Shown here one piece after another: positions 9,069-17,988 of a stretch of DNA of 57,614 bases. The stretch is from the IMG/VR virus record IMGVR_UViG_3300042934_000106, positions 1-57,614 of that record. One strand, 5' to 3'. The first letter of the stretch is position 1. Each line of letters starts with the position of its first letter. The stretch comes from a virus. Its lineage: Duplodnaviria > Caudoviricetes. Both the position numbers and the translations under genes were made by a program. Under the pieces are notes generated by a model. That model did not search any database. It was not told where the DNA came from and saw only the letters and a program-made list of their open reading frames with translations.

Positions 9069-9713
9069 TCACGCAGCAACCTCCCACTTACCAGCATCCT
9101 GGTTGTCCAGGGTGACCTTGAAGACACCACCAGTCTGAGTGTGGTAGATGCAGACACCCTCAGGGTTCATGAACCCCTGGGCTGCGAAAGACCCATACTT
9201 CTGGAGATCCTGGAGGAAAGACTTGATCTGCTCTTCACTGAAGACTCCTGCATACAGGATTGGAACAGCGTCGATCACACCACAGAGACTGGACTGAACA
9301 GCCCTCTCATCCATGGAGTCACCAGACTCGTCAAACCGATACCAGCGCTCAGTGTTGAAGAGGCTGAACCGCTTCTCCTCCAGGCCGTAGCGGCGCTGGA
9401 TACCCTGGCCCCACCACTCACCAAAGTGCAGACCCTCACCCAGGATGTGAACCAGCTCCGCGGCGTTGTCGTACACCCAGCTGGCGAAGCCGTAGTTGTC
9501 GGTCGTCTTGCCCGGGGTGATGAGGCGCTTGCGGCTCTGAGCAGTAAGAATGTAGACAGTCCCGTCAACGTTCACAGATGTCGAGTTCTCAGGGACCTCA
9601 AAGGATTCAGCCTGACCAATGTGGATCGCGCTGTTCGTACCGTCCAGCTTCTCTGTCACAACGATGTCTCGGAAAAGGCGCTTGGTCTTCGGCCACTCAA
9701 CGAACTCATGCAT
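9069..9713 (-). CDS. RNA ligase-like nucleotidyltransferase (Rnl2 family)
   Basis: TEKLDGTN, GEWWGQGIQ, EGVCI, FK motifs. Confidence 0.8.
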   Translation of the reverse strand: MHEFVEWPKTKRLFRDIVVTEKLDGTNSAIHIGQAESFEVPENSTSVNVDGTVYILTAQSRKRLITPGKTTDNYGFASWVYDNAAELVHILGEGLHFGEWWGQGIQRRYGLEEKRFSLFNTERWYRFDESGDSMDERAVQSSLCGVIDAVPILYAGVFSEEQIKSFLQDLQKYGSFAAQGFMNPEGVCIYHTQTGGVFKVTLDNQDAGKWEVAA

Positions 9714-10035
9714 TGTTGGACTCCTTGAATCCACCGCGGGCAACAGCCCGACGAACAGCGTTGGCCTCGTGCTCAAAGAAGGACTTCTCATCCTCGTCTA
9801 GCTCCGACCAAGGAGCATCCCGAGGGAAGAACCGGTTGTACAGCCACTCAGCAAGGGTGTCCTTCTCAGGCTCCTCAGCCTGATATAGCCAAACGGAGTC
9901 CGTTACGGGAACGAACTGACTCGCGCACACCCACTGAAGGTTGCTCAGGTAAGTGCCGTGGTCCTCGCTGAAATGCAGGATCTGGAAAGGACTGCCCTCT
10001 ACGAAGACCGTGTCATTGATCTGAGGTTCGGGCAT
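9706..10035 (-). CDS. Hypothetical protein
   Basis: Operonic ORF. Confidence 0.7.
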   Translation of the reverse strand: MPEPQINDTVFVEGSPFQILHFSEDHGTYLSNLQWVCASQFVPVTDSVWLYQAEEPEKDTLAEWLYNRFFPRDAPWSELDEDEKSFFEHEANAVRRAVARGGFKESNNA

Positions 10036-10229
10036 CAGTCACTCGCCTTCGCAGCACCAACAGCCCCACCAACAAGGACGTTGACCAGAAGCACCAGCCA
10101 CAAAGCACCTGCGTAGTTGAACGTGGGGACCTCATTCACATTGGAGTGAACAGCTCCAATGAGGAGCATTGCGAACCATGCCTCCAGTGAGGTGAACCCT
10201 GCGGCGATCAGTACGTAAAGGGCCATCAC
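10035..10229 (-). CDS. Small membrane protein
   Basis: Two hydrophobic segments. Confidence 0.65.
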   Translation of the reverse strand: MMALYVLIAAGFTSLEAWFAMLLIGAVHSNVNEVPTFNYAGALWLVLLVNVLVGGAVGAAKASD

Positions 10230-10326
10230 TGAGACTCCTTCAGAAGATTGGGTGCCGGCTTCGCCACCATGCCGAGAGTGGAGCCAATAGACAGACAGAG
10301 AACCGCAGTCAGGATGATGTAGGGAC

Positions 10327-10515
10327 TCACTCGAACACCAACTCCTGAAGGTGCTCGATCAGGCCCTTGACATCGTTTCGGTAGAGAAACACATCCGTCC
10401 AGCCGTGGACATCCTGTGTACTGAATGCATACCGAGCTGCATCAGTAGTGGAATCTCCATGCTTCTCCACGATCAGGCGATTTCCGTACTCATCGTCAAG
10501 AGTGTAATTTTTCAC
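10327..10515 (-). CDS. Hypothetical protein
   Basis: Operonic ORF. Confidence 0.65.
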   Translation of the reverse strand: MKNYTLDDEYGNRLIVEKHGDSTTDAARYAFSTQDVHGWTDVFLYRNDVKGLIEHLQELVFE

Positions 10516-10733
10516 GTCTCAACCTCTGGGTCGATCTCGTCTGCCACATGGTCGAAAGCCTCAGTCATCTCGCTGTATCCAACGATCTGCGACTTCATCG
10601 CCCGAACCTGCTCAGCAAGCTCGTGTGCTACCGCGTTGTACAGCTCCTGCGCCAAAGTGTCTGCCTGCTCTTCAGTCCAAAGAGAGGCTGTCAACCCAAG
10701 TCGGATCTTGGCGAGAGCATCAATCTCATTCAC
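10512..10733 (-). CDS. Hypothetical protein
   Basis: HELAEQVR motif. Confidence 0.65.
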   Translation of the reverse strand: MNEIDALAKIRLGLTASLWTEEQADTLAQELYNAVAHELAEQVRAMKSQIVGYSEMTEAFDHVADEIDPEVET

Positions 10734-10963
10734 TTCGGATTCCTGGTGTAGGGAGGGTCAACCTTGGTGATCTCAGTGGTAGTCACGAACCGAAAGACCT
10801 CGTACTTATCTGCCAGTCCCTCACGGTCGTAGTAGTCCAAGGAATTCCAAGCCTCCTGAGCCTGTTCCCGGCCTCCGTACTGACGGAGCCTCTGCTGAGC
10901 GTGCTCAATGTCCAGGCCGGCTTGGTAGACCGTCTCAATCTCGTGGTAACTGACCTGCTTCAC
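10730..10963 (-). CDS. Hypothetical protein
   Basis: GTG after GGAG, downstream of two operator boxes. Confidence 0.6.
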   Translation of the reverse strand: MKQVSYHEIETVYQAGLDIEHAQQRLRQYGGREQAQEAWNSLDYYDREGLADKYEVFRFVTTTEITKVDPPYTRNPK

Positions 10964-11078
10964 TCCACACTCCCTCTGGTCGCATGTCAACTTGGGGGCT
11001 AAAATTAGGGGCTTCGTCAGCCCCTTCGTTCCCTTGCCTTCTAACTCCAGTATGACAGACCGTTGGTCGCAAGTCAAC

Positions 11079-11927
11079 TCAACGGCTGCGGAAGTACGAG
11101 CAAGCATGTGAGACAGCACAGAAGTTGCAGTCAAACCCCGGCTTGGGCTCGAACCGGCCGGCCTTCACGCCCTGGTCCATGGCGACGTACCGAGCTGCGA
11201 CCTGCCCCTCAGTCACCTCGGTGAGGTCCACGGTCTTGGACAGCTTCCCAGTCTTGCCGAAGTACCAGTCCCCTGAGTTGACCTCAAGCCCATACTGCTT
11301 CTCAACAGCGACCTTGTACGTCTCAAGCTGAAAGTGCGACTTTGAGGAGCCAGTCTTGAGGTCCCGGACTCGGTAGGCCCCGATGTCCTTGGGGTCCCTC
11401 ACCAACTGGTCGATGTAGCCGCGGACCTGGACGCCGCCCAGCTCCACCTTGAAGTACATCTCCAGGCCCATCTTCAGGTCGTAGTTGGGGGCTTCCGAGA
11501 TGTCGTGTCCGTCCCAGAGGTCTGAACCCTCCATCCAAATCTCAGGCTGGTTCTCCTTGGACCACCTGACGTAGTCACGGACCTGAGACTGACCGAGGCG
11601 GTACCTCTCTTCGATGTCCGCGCCGGCAGGCTTCTTGTTGGCAGTCATCCATCGGTCAAGGTTGGGCTCCTTGTGCATGGCACCGTTCACCATGGCTGCG
11701 TACTGATCAGAGAAGAGCTGAACCATCTCCTCCTCAGACGGCTCCCTGAACTCCTTCTCGAACTTCTCAGCAGCCGAGTGGAACGCTGTGCCCTGGAAGC
11801 TCCAGGCAGCCGGCCGCTCGGTCACGCGCTCTACCCGCTGGAGGTAGAACCGGTGACCGCACTTCTCGTACTGCTCGGTCTGTGACACCGACCGCGGTTG
11901 CGTTTCGATGCTCTGCTTGAACGCCAT
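11079..11927 (-). CDS. Cas4/RecB-like PD-(D/E)XK exonuclease
   Basis: GTAFH, GYIDQ, DLKTG, QLETY, CNFC...C. Confidence 0.88.
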   Translation of the reverse strand: MAFKQSIETQPRSVSQTEQYEKCGHRFYLQRVERVTERPAAWSFQGTAFHSAAEKFEKEFREPSEEEMVQLFSDQYAAMVNGAMHKEPNLDRWMTANKKPAGADIEERYRLGQSQVRDYVRWSKENQPEIWMEGSDLWDGHDISEAPNYDLKMGLEMYFKVELGGVQVRGYIDQLVRDPKDIGAYRVRDLKTGSSKSHFQLETYKVAVEKQYGLEVNSGDWYFGKTGKLSKTVDLTEVTEGQVAARYVAMDQGVKAGRFEPKPGFDCNFCAVSHACSYFRSR

Positions 11928-11995
11928 CTGTCTTCCTCCAGACATGAGTGAGGGCCGTGTCTCCTGATTGACACGGCCCTCAATAGGGTGGGTTC

Positions 11996-12388
11996 TCATC
12001 CTCCGTACACCATCACAAGATCGAAGTACGAGCTGCCCGGAAACCACGGGTGAGGCTCTTCGACCCTCGTTCGTTTAACAACACAGTCGGGGAGATTCTT
12101 CCCCAACTCGTCCGACAGTCGACGGAGTTCGTCAACATCTTCCTCGTCAACACCATCAGTGATGATGAGTTGGAAGTACCGCCCGTAGGGCTGGCCTTGA
12201 ACCTCCGTGATCAGAAGGTTTGACGTCTGGACCCGCCGGCGGGTCGTCTCAACCTTGCCCTTGTAGATCAGGTCCAGTACGTCTCCGGAAGCCCCCGCGG
12301 CTTCCTCAGACGTGATCAGACGGAGCATGGACCATCCCCCTTGCCTCAGCGGATCAACTATGACCCGGTGCTCACAAAACATACACAC
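11996..12388 (-). CDS. Hypothetical protein
   Basis: ORF between repressor and Cas4-like gene. Confidence 0.65.
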   Translation of the reverse strand: MCMFCEHRVIVDPLRQGGWSMLRLITSEEAAGASGDVLDLIYKGKVETTRRRVQTSNLLITEVQGQPYGRYFQLIITDGVDEEDVDELRRLSDELGKNLPDCVVKRTRVEEPHPWFPGSSYFDLVMVYGG

Positions 12389-12475
12389 TCTGTTGACCTT
12401 CTTGGTCGCAAAACAACGTGACGATGGTCACATACTTCAACGTACAACCATTAGGCAGACCTAAGGAGACATGCA

Positions 12476-12501
12476 AAAGACCCCCTGGTTACAGGGGGTC
12501 T
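12476..12501 (-). terminator. Terminator after repressor
   Basis: AGACCCCCTG/CAGGGGGTCT stem plus TTTT on minus strand. Confidence 0.8.
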
Positions 12502-12516
12502 GAGTGCCAGTCAGGT

Positions 12517-13014
12517 CTACTCCGGAGGCTCTGGTCCCAGCTCCAGGGCCTTCTTGAACTTCTCTGACGGGAACGGTAGTGACCTGGGCCAGTCGATGAC
12601 TAGTCGACCGTCGATCTTGAGCCGGGGCCTGTAGTACCAGCCCTCTTCGGTGTCTGGGTCGTAGCAGAGGACCGTGCCGTCTCGGTGAAGACGACGCTCC
12701 CAAGCCTTGGCTCGCTTGATCTGGTCCTCGCTCAGCTCGTCGCCAAGCCTCCACCTGAGCCACTCCGTCAGCCGCTTGGCTGAGTAGGAGTTGTGGTGAC
12801 TGTCCTTGCCCGGGGTGGTGTGGATGGTCCACCTCTGAGCCAAGCCAGCCTGGACCTCCCGTGCGATGGGATGGCGGTAGAGGCCCATGTCGACCAGACG
12901 CTTGCTTACGGCTTGTCGAGTAACTCCGAACTTGTCCGCAATGCGCTGGTTGTTCCAACCTAGATGGAAGTACTCCACCAGCTCCGTGTCTGTAAACCTC
13001 ACGTCGGTGGGCAT
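12517..13014 (-). CDS. Immunity repressor (L5 gp71/cluster A-like, N-terminal HTH)
   Basis: GWNNQRIADKFGVTRQAVS HTH; C-terminal YDPD..GWYYRPR..D typical of this family. Confidence 0.8.
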   Translation of the reverse strand: MPTDVRFTDTELVEYFHLGWNNQRIADKFGVTRQAVSKRLVDMGLYRHPIAREVQAGLAQRWTIHTTPGKDSHHNSYSAKRLTEWLRWRLGDELSEDQIKRAKAWERRLHRDGTVLCYDPDTEEGWYYRPRLKIDGRLVIDWPRSLPFPSEKFKKALELGPEPPE

Positions 13015-13345
13015 GTCATGTCCTTAATCGGCGATAGATCATGTCAGTAGCCCTCCAAGGGCCGGCGCCCCGAGTCGCCAACACCTTAACGCGACAGGAG
13101 GCAAGTTGGGTCGCAGAACAACCTGTGACCTGGCTCACACTCCTTACTGGAACCTTGAAATCCGCAACCGAAGATGCCTCAAGCCACACGCGCCCCTCTG
13201 AGGGTCGCAGAACAACCTTACCGATCTTGGGGACTTTCCGCATCTCCTAGACCGTCAGATCTAGCCATAGACACCCTCCTGGGCCACCTGAGGCTGGTCG
13301 TTAACCCTTGGCCAACGGAGATGCTCCAGTCTATACCCTTAGGCA

Positions 13346-13413
13346 TGTGATCTGAGTCTCACTTCCCCCTTGACTGTCACAAACCCTGCCTCAGTGACAC
13401 CTACGTCTATAGT
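13346..13413 (+). promoter_or_regulatory. Duplicated 68-bp element, putative activator-dependent late promoter (copy A)
   Basis: Matches 44160-44227 with identical spacing; ends in TATAGT. Confidence 0.6.
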
Positions 13414-13454
13414 AGAGAAGAAAAGAAGTACTTAAAAGCATGCCAACCCATCAA

Positions 13455-13484
13455 GTTGACATGCGACCAAGTACATGCTAGACT
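13455..13484 (+). promoter_or_regulatory. Rightward HrdB-type promoter overlapping the operator box
   Basis: TTGACA-17-TAGACT; GTTGACATGCGACCA. Confidence 0.75.
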
Positions 13485-13804
13485 GAAATTAAGAGAGTAA
13501 GTAGTTAGAGGGGCTCTTAAGGAGCCCCGATAAGTAGTAGTAAGTGAGTCTCCTTGAAGAGACTCACCAAGGTTTCCTTCTTGTTCGATCTCCCTGTTGA
13601 GTAGTTGGCCAAGGCTTCTAAGAGCCTTGGCTCTCGGTTCCAGGTTTGAAGAGATCCAGGAAGGTGTTGGGCCCCGGCTGCCAGTTCAGTATCCAGCCGG
13701 GGCCAGGACTTAGCCGTCTTCCGCGGGAAGACGGAAGCGGGATCAGGTGGCCTGGGGCAGACCAGGAGCCTGGTTCTGCGAAGAGATTTCTTGGAGGTGC
13801 ACAG

Positions 13805-14122
13805 GTGCCCAGAGCCGCAATGATCTGCCTGCGAGCCGGCTGCATCTCCAAGACCTTCCGGGACGGACGATGCCGAGAGCATCAGACTCGGAAGCCCTGG
13901 CAGAACGTCTCAGCCAGGAACCAAGCAAGGCCGGCCAACTGGCCCTCCATCAGGGCTCAGGTGTTGGCAAGGGATGGGTTTGCCTGCCAGATGTGCGGAA
14001 CGAGATCCGAGCTGGAGGTTGACCACATCATCCCTGTGGCCAAGGGAGGTTCCTGGGAGATGGAAAATCTGTGGGTCCTCTGCAAAGAGGACCACAAGGC
14101 CAAGTCCAGGAAGTTTGGTTAG
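13805..14122 (+). CDS. HNH endonuclease (packaging-associated)
   Basis: GTG after GGAGG; RDGFACQMC...EVDHI...NLWVLC..DH. Confidence 0.85.
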   Translation: MPRAAMICLRAGCISKTFRDGRCREHQTRKPWQNVSARNQARPANWPSIRAQVLARDGFACQMCGTRSELEVDHIIPVAKGGSWEMENLWVLCKEDHKAKSRKFG

Positions 14123-14123
14123 G

Positions 14124-14197
14124 CCCTCGGTAGCTCAGTTGGTCAGAGCGTCGCCCTCATAAGGCGAAGGTCGCTGGTTCAAGACCAGCCTGAGGGA
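14124..14197 (+). tRNA. tRNA with CAT anticodon (elongator Met or Ile2); CCA not encoded
   Basis: Full cloverleaf: CCCTCGG/CTGAGGG, GCTC/GAGC, TCGCC-CTCATAA-GGCGA, GCTGG-TTCAAGA-CCAGC. Confidence 0.92.
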
Positions 14198-14420
14198 CGA
14201 AGGCACGTGAAGTCTAAAGCCGGTAGCTCCGGATGGCTGGGGATCGCCTCCCTGACGTGCCGAGGTGCCTGATAAGGAAGCGGTGGGGCCGTGCTCCTGT
14301 CCTTGTCGGGCCACGGGGAGGCTGGCCGTGTGCCGGCGTGAGTAAAAGCACCGATGGTGCCACAGGGTGCAAGTCCCTGACTCCCTACTAACCACACCAT
14401 CTAGTGACCGAGATGGCTTG

Positions 14421-14448
14421 ACCCCGCTCACATCGAGCGGGGTTTTTT
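14421..14448 (+). terminator. Intrinsic terminator
   Basis: ACCCCGCTC/GAGCGGGGT plus TTTTT. Confidence 0.85.
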
Positions 14449-14472
14449 CATTCCCTCAATCAGGAGTTCGTC

Positions 14473-14628
14473 ATGTGGTTCGGAACCTTCAGGATTCGAT
14501 CCTGGTGGAAGTGGCTTCCGCTTTACCTGTCCCCTGTCTTTAAGGACAACGACAAGAAGATTAGGTCTTCGGTTGGTGTGGCTATCGGCTCCTTCGGCCG
14601 AGCTTTCTACGTGATGAGGAAGCTCTGA
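14473..14628 (+). CDS. Hypothetical protein (51 aa)
   Basis: AGGAG RBS; read manually. Confidence 0.55.
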   Translation: MWFGTFRIRSWWKWLPLYLSPVFKDNDKKIRSSVGVAIGSFGRAFYVMRKL

Positions 14629-14725
14629 TGCCTACCGAAGAAGAGATGCGTAGCCCCACCTGGTGCTGGACGCACAACTGCGAGATGTCCCAGTGCCCTC
14701 CCCCTCCACCGCCTCAGGAGCCCAA

Positions 14726-14902
14726 GTGACGGCTCGTAAGAGCGCCTACGACATCCCCGTTGATCTCCTTGTTCGGATTGGTGACGTAACCGAGCTGATT
14801 GAGCTGGGGACCTTCAAGTTTCCCTGGCCGTACAACGCTTACCAGGAGCTTCCGCGGATGCTGCGGGAAGCAGCAGACGCCATTGAGAAGGGGGCTCCAT
14901 GA
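14726..14902 (+). CDS. Hypothetical protein
   Basis: GTG after AGGAG; ATGA overlap downstream. Confidence 0.6.
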   Translation: MTARKSAYDIPVDLLVRIGDVTELIELGTFKFPWPYNAYQELPRMLREAADAIEKGAP

Positions 14903-15414
14903 CTGAGACTCAGCCCCTGCCGGGGGATATCGGACTGACCAAGATCGGTGGACTGGCCGGCCTGTTCGTGAACTTCGGCCAGTGGTTCGTCGGTGACTTC
15001 GCTCCTGTCCAACACGCTCTGATCTATGTCGGAGACGGCATGGTCGTCCAGGCCATGCCTTCGGGCGCAGAGCTGATCCCCCTCGAAGAGGCTTCGCCTG
15101 TTGTGAAGTGGTCTACAGGGCTCATCAAGCTGACAGACCAGCAGAGGGAGGCCATAGCTGACGAGGCTTACGGCCTCGTTGGTACTCCGTATTCCTTCCT
15201 GGACTACGTCTCCATTGCCCTTGAGCGGCTTGGTATCCGTCCGCGGTGGGTGCTGGAGCGAGTGGCCTCGTCCGGCCACCTGATCTGTTCTCAGTTGGTC
15301 GTAGAGGCATACCGCCGTGCCGGCGTCGATCTGTTCCCCGGCAAGTTCCCAGGCGACTCCACGCCTGGTGACATCTGGAAGCTCCTCAAGAACCTGGAAG
15401 ACGCTAATGCCTGA
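14899..15414 (+). CDS. Permuted papain-like (YiiX/NlpC-P60) amidase/peptidase
   Basis: PGDI...HALIYVG...GTPY...ICSQLV (His before Cys). Confidence 0.75.
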   Translation: MTETQPLPGDIGLTKIGGLAGLFVNFGQWFVGDFAPVQHALIYVGDGMVVQAMPSGAELIPLEEASPVVKWSTGLIKLTDQQREAIADEAYGLVGTPYSFLDYVSIALERLGIRPRWVLERVASSGHLICSQLVVEAYRRAGVDLFPGKFPGDSTPGDIWKLLKNLEDANA

Positions 15415-15586
15415 GTTTGATGAAGACCTGCTGGAGTTCTTCCCTGAAGACGTTCTAATGAAGGCCAACAAGCCTTCTAAGGCGTCTGAGCGCCGTTCCT
15501 GGAAGGAACAGGCCAAGGCAGACCTTGAAGAGCTTGCAGACCTCTACCCGGAGTACGCAGGCGTTCTGAATGAGGTCCAGCTCTGA
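15407..15586 (+). CDS. Hypothetical protein
   Basis: Operonic ORF. Confidence 0.55.
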   Translation: MPEFDEDLLEFFPEDVLMKANKPSKASERRSWKEQAKADLEELADLYPEYAGVLNEVQL

Positions 15587-15762
15587 TGGCTCGGATGCTG
15601 GGTAAGTTCTCTCGCCCCTACTGCCGCCAGTGCGCGTGTGAGTCCGGCCCTGACTGTCCGGACTACAGCCGTTCCAAGAGGTCTCAGAAGGCCAAAGAGA
15701 AGCGGGACTGGGGCAAGACAATTGTGGATGCCATTGAGGAGGTCTTCGATGTGTTCACATGA
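15586..15762 (+). CDS. Hypothetical Cys-rich protein
   Basis: TGATG overlap; MARMLGKF. Confidence 0.55.
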   Translation: MARMLGKFSRPYCRQCACESGPDCPDYSRSKRSQKAKEKRDWGKTIVDAIEEVFDVFT

Positions 15763-15955
15763 GGACTGCTGGGTTGAGGTGCTTCCTGACGGACAGATCG
15801 ATGAGACTCACGTGACTTCATTGGATGAGCTGGTTGAACTCAAGGTGCTTCAGAAGAAGTTGAACGAGGTCATAGAGAACATGTCCTTGGCTTCCCGAGG
15901 CTATGGGATTCCTTATCACTTCACTACCAACGCAGGGGAGGTTCCTAATGGGTAG
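15749..15955 (+). CDS. Hypothetical protein
   Basis: GAGGAGG RBS. Confidence 0.55.
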   Translation: MCSHEDCWVEVLPDGQIDETHVTSLDELVELKVLQKKLNEVIENMSLASRGYGIPYHFTTNAGEVPNG

Positions 15956-16376
15956 TCGGGGACCAACCCCAAGCGGGAATGCCCGTAGGCGCAACAAGCA
16001 CGAGTCGGCTACTGAGATTCCCAAGGAGTCTCGTCCTGGTCGCCCTCTCCCCAAGTACCTCCCCGTTTCCACTGCTGCTGCTAAGCACTTCTGGAAGGTC
16101 TGGTCCGAGTCTCCTCAGTCGGCTACATGGATTGAGACTGACTGGCTGGAGCTGGAGTCCACCACCAAGTTGGTGAACGACCTTTACCTAGGTGACAACA
16201 AGGTGGCCGGCGAGATCCGGCAGAGGGTTGCCAAGTGGGGCGCCACCAACGAGGACAGGGCTCGACTTCGCATGAAGTTCGAGGAGACCCCTGAAGGCCC
16301 CTCTGGGCCCTCTGAGGAAGAGCTGACGAACTTCGACATGGATCAGGAGATTTACAACAAGCTGAGAGCCGTATGA
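15948..16376 (+). CDS. terS: Terminase small subunit
   Basis: MGSRGPTP...ARRRN...GEIRQRVAKWGAT.EDRARLR; precedes TerL. Confidence 0.8.
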   Translation: MGSRGPTPSGNARRRNKHESATEIPKESRPGRPLPKYLPVSTAAAKHFWKVWSESPQSATWIETDWLELESTTKLVNDLYLGDNKVAGEIRQRVAKWGATNEDRARLRMKFEETPEGPSGPSEEELTNFDMDQEIYNKLRAV

Positions 16377-16392
16377 CGCAAGGGAGGTCCCT

Positions 16393-17976
16393 ATGCAAAC
16401 GGGGAACCTCCCGGAATCAGTACCGTCTCCCAAGGAGACGCTGGGCTATCACGTCATTCGATGGGCCAAGAAGTACGTTGTCACCCCTGATGGTGAACGT
16501 GCTGGTGAGCCTTGGGAGTTTACTCCTGAACAGCTCAGGTTCGTCCTCTGGTTCTATGCCATCAACCCTGATGGAACCTGGAAGTACTCCGCGGGCACGC
16601 TGAGACGTGCGAAGGGATGGGGCAAGACACCGCTCCTGGCAGCCCTGGCTATTGCCGAGTTCATTGGTCCTGTCCGCTTTGATGGTTGGGACGCCTTCGG
16701 CCTCCCCAAGGCCAAGGCAGTACCTCTCCCCATTGTGCAGATCGGTGCTACGGCACTGGACCAGACAGCACAGACGATGGACATGATCCGAGGAATGCTC
16801 TCGGAGTCCCCGGCCGAAGCACATTACGGCCTGGACATCGGCAAGTCGGTGGTTCAGTTCAAGTCTGGTAAGCCCGGCACCATCAAGCCCAAGGCGACTG
16901 CCGGCGGTACCAACGAAGGTAACCGCCCATCGTTTGTCGTCATGGACGAGTGTCACCACTGGATCTCCACCAACGGTGGCCCTGACTTCTATCAGGTACT
17001 CAAGCGTAACGTTGAGAAGACCACGAAGATGGGTTCTCGCTGGGTATCTACGACAAACGCCTATAACCCTTCCCAGGACTCCGTTGCTCAGATCATTCAT
17101 GAATCCGAGATGGTCACTAAGGATTACTGGCTCTATGACTGTCTCGAAGCCTCAATTGACGTTGAGGACATCAGGGATGAGGAGAAGGTCCGACAGGCCC
17201 TCATAGAGGCGTATGGGGATGCTGACTGGGCTGATATTGATGGTCTCACCAAGACCATCCTCTATGACCGGACGACTCCGGACTCAACCTACTGCCGGTA
17301 CTACTTCAACCAGATTGCAGAGTCCTCAGACGGTTGGATGTCCAAGGCTGAATGGGACGCAGTTCATTCCAGCTATGAGCCCATCAAGCCGGGTGATCAG
17401 ATAGCCATAGGCTTTGACGGATCGATCCGCAATGACGCGACTGGTCTTGTGGGTTGCCGGCTCAGTGATGGCAAGCTCTTCGTCCTGGACGTATGGGAGA
17501 AGCCTGAGAATGCCAAGGATGACTGGGAAGTAGACACTCTGGCCGTTGAGGCGGCTGTTTACAAGGCTTTCCAGACCTACAAGGTTGAGTGGTTCTACGG
17601 GGACCCTCCCTACTTCCAAGAGGCCATGGGCCGATGGGCAATCCAGTTCGCCACCAGAGACACCGAGTACGTCTATGAGTTCTGGACGAACAGGCCCACT
17701 CGCATGGTCCAGGCAACAGAACGTTTCCGTTCCGCGGTCATGACCAAGGAACTCTGTCACGACGGAGACGAGCGTCTTACTCGTCATGTCCTCAACGCCG
17801 TTACCCGTGAAGTCATGGTGGGCGGTGAAGTCGGAATTCTCATTCAAAAAGACAGCCCACGATCCAAGAGGAAGATTGACCTTGCGGTGTGCGCAATTCT
17901 CGCCCTGGAGGCGAGAGCGGATGCTATAGCCGACGGACGCATGAAGCGACGGAGGTCACGCGTCGTGGGGTTCTAG
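16393..17976 (+). CDS. terL: Terminase large subunit
   Basis: RAKGWGKT, MDECH, GFDGS, KIDLAV. Confidence 0.95.
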   Translation: MQTGNLPESVPSPKETLGYHVIRWAKKYVVTPDGERAGEPWEFTPEQLRFVLWFYAINPDGTWKYSAGTLRRAKGWGKTPLLAALAIAEFIGPVRFDGWDAFGLPKAKAVPLPIVQIGATALDQTAQTMDMIRGMLSESPAEAHYGLDIGKSVVQFKSGKPGTIKPKATAGGTNEGNRPSFVVMDECHHWISTNGGPDFYQVLKRNVEKTTKMGSRWVSTTNAYNPSQDSVAQIIHESEMVTKDYWLYDCLEASIDVEDIRDEEKVRQALIEAYGDADWADIDGLTKTILYDRTTPDSTYCRYYFNQIAESSDGWMSKAEWDAVHSSYEPIKPGDQIAIGFDGSIRNDATGLVGCRLSDGKLFVLDVWEKPENAKDDWEVDTLAVEAAVYKAFQTYKVEWFYGDPPYFQEAMGRWAIQFATRDTEYVYEFWTNRPTRMVQATERFRSAVMTKELCHDGDERLTRHVLNAVTREVMVGGEVGILIQKDSPRSKRKIDLAVCAILALEARADAIADGRMKRRRSRVVGF

Positions 17977-17988
17977 TTAGGAGGCCCC

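Noticed and set aside
11079-11927. Cas4 as evidence of a CRISPR system
   Set aside because: Stand-alone Cas4-like exonucleases are common in actinophages; no array or other cas genes
14198-14275. tRNA-associated theta/HDV-like or hammerhead ribozyme
   Set aside because: A P1-like helix exists, but I could not place the L3/P1.1 or CUGANGA/GAAA cores
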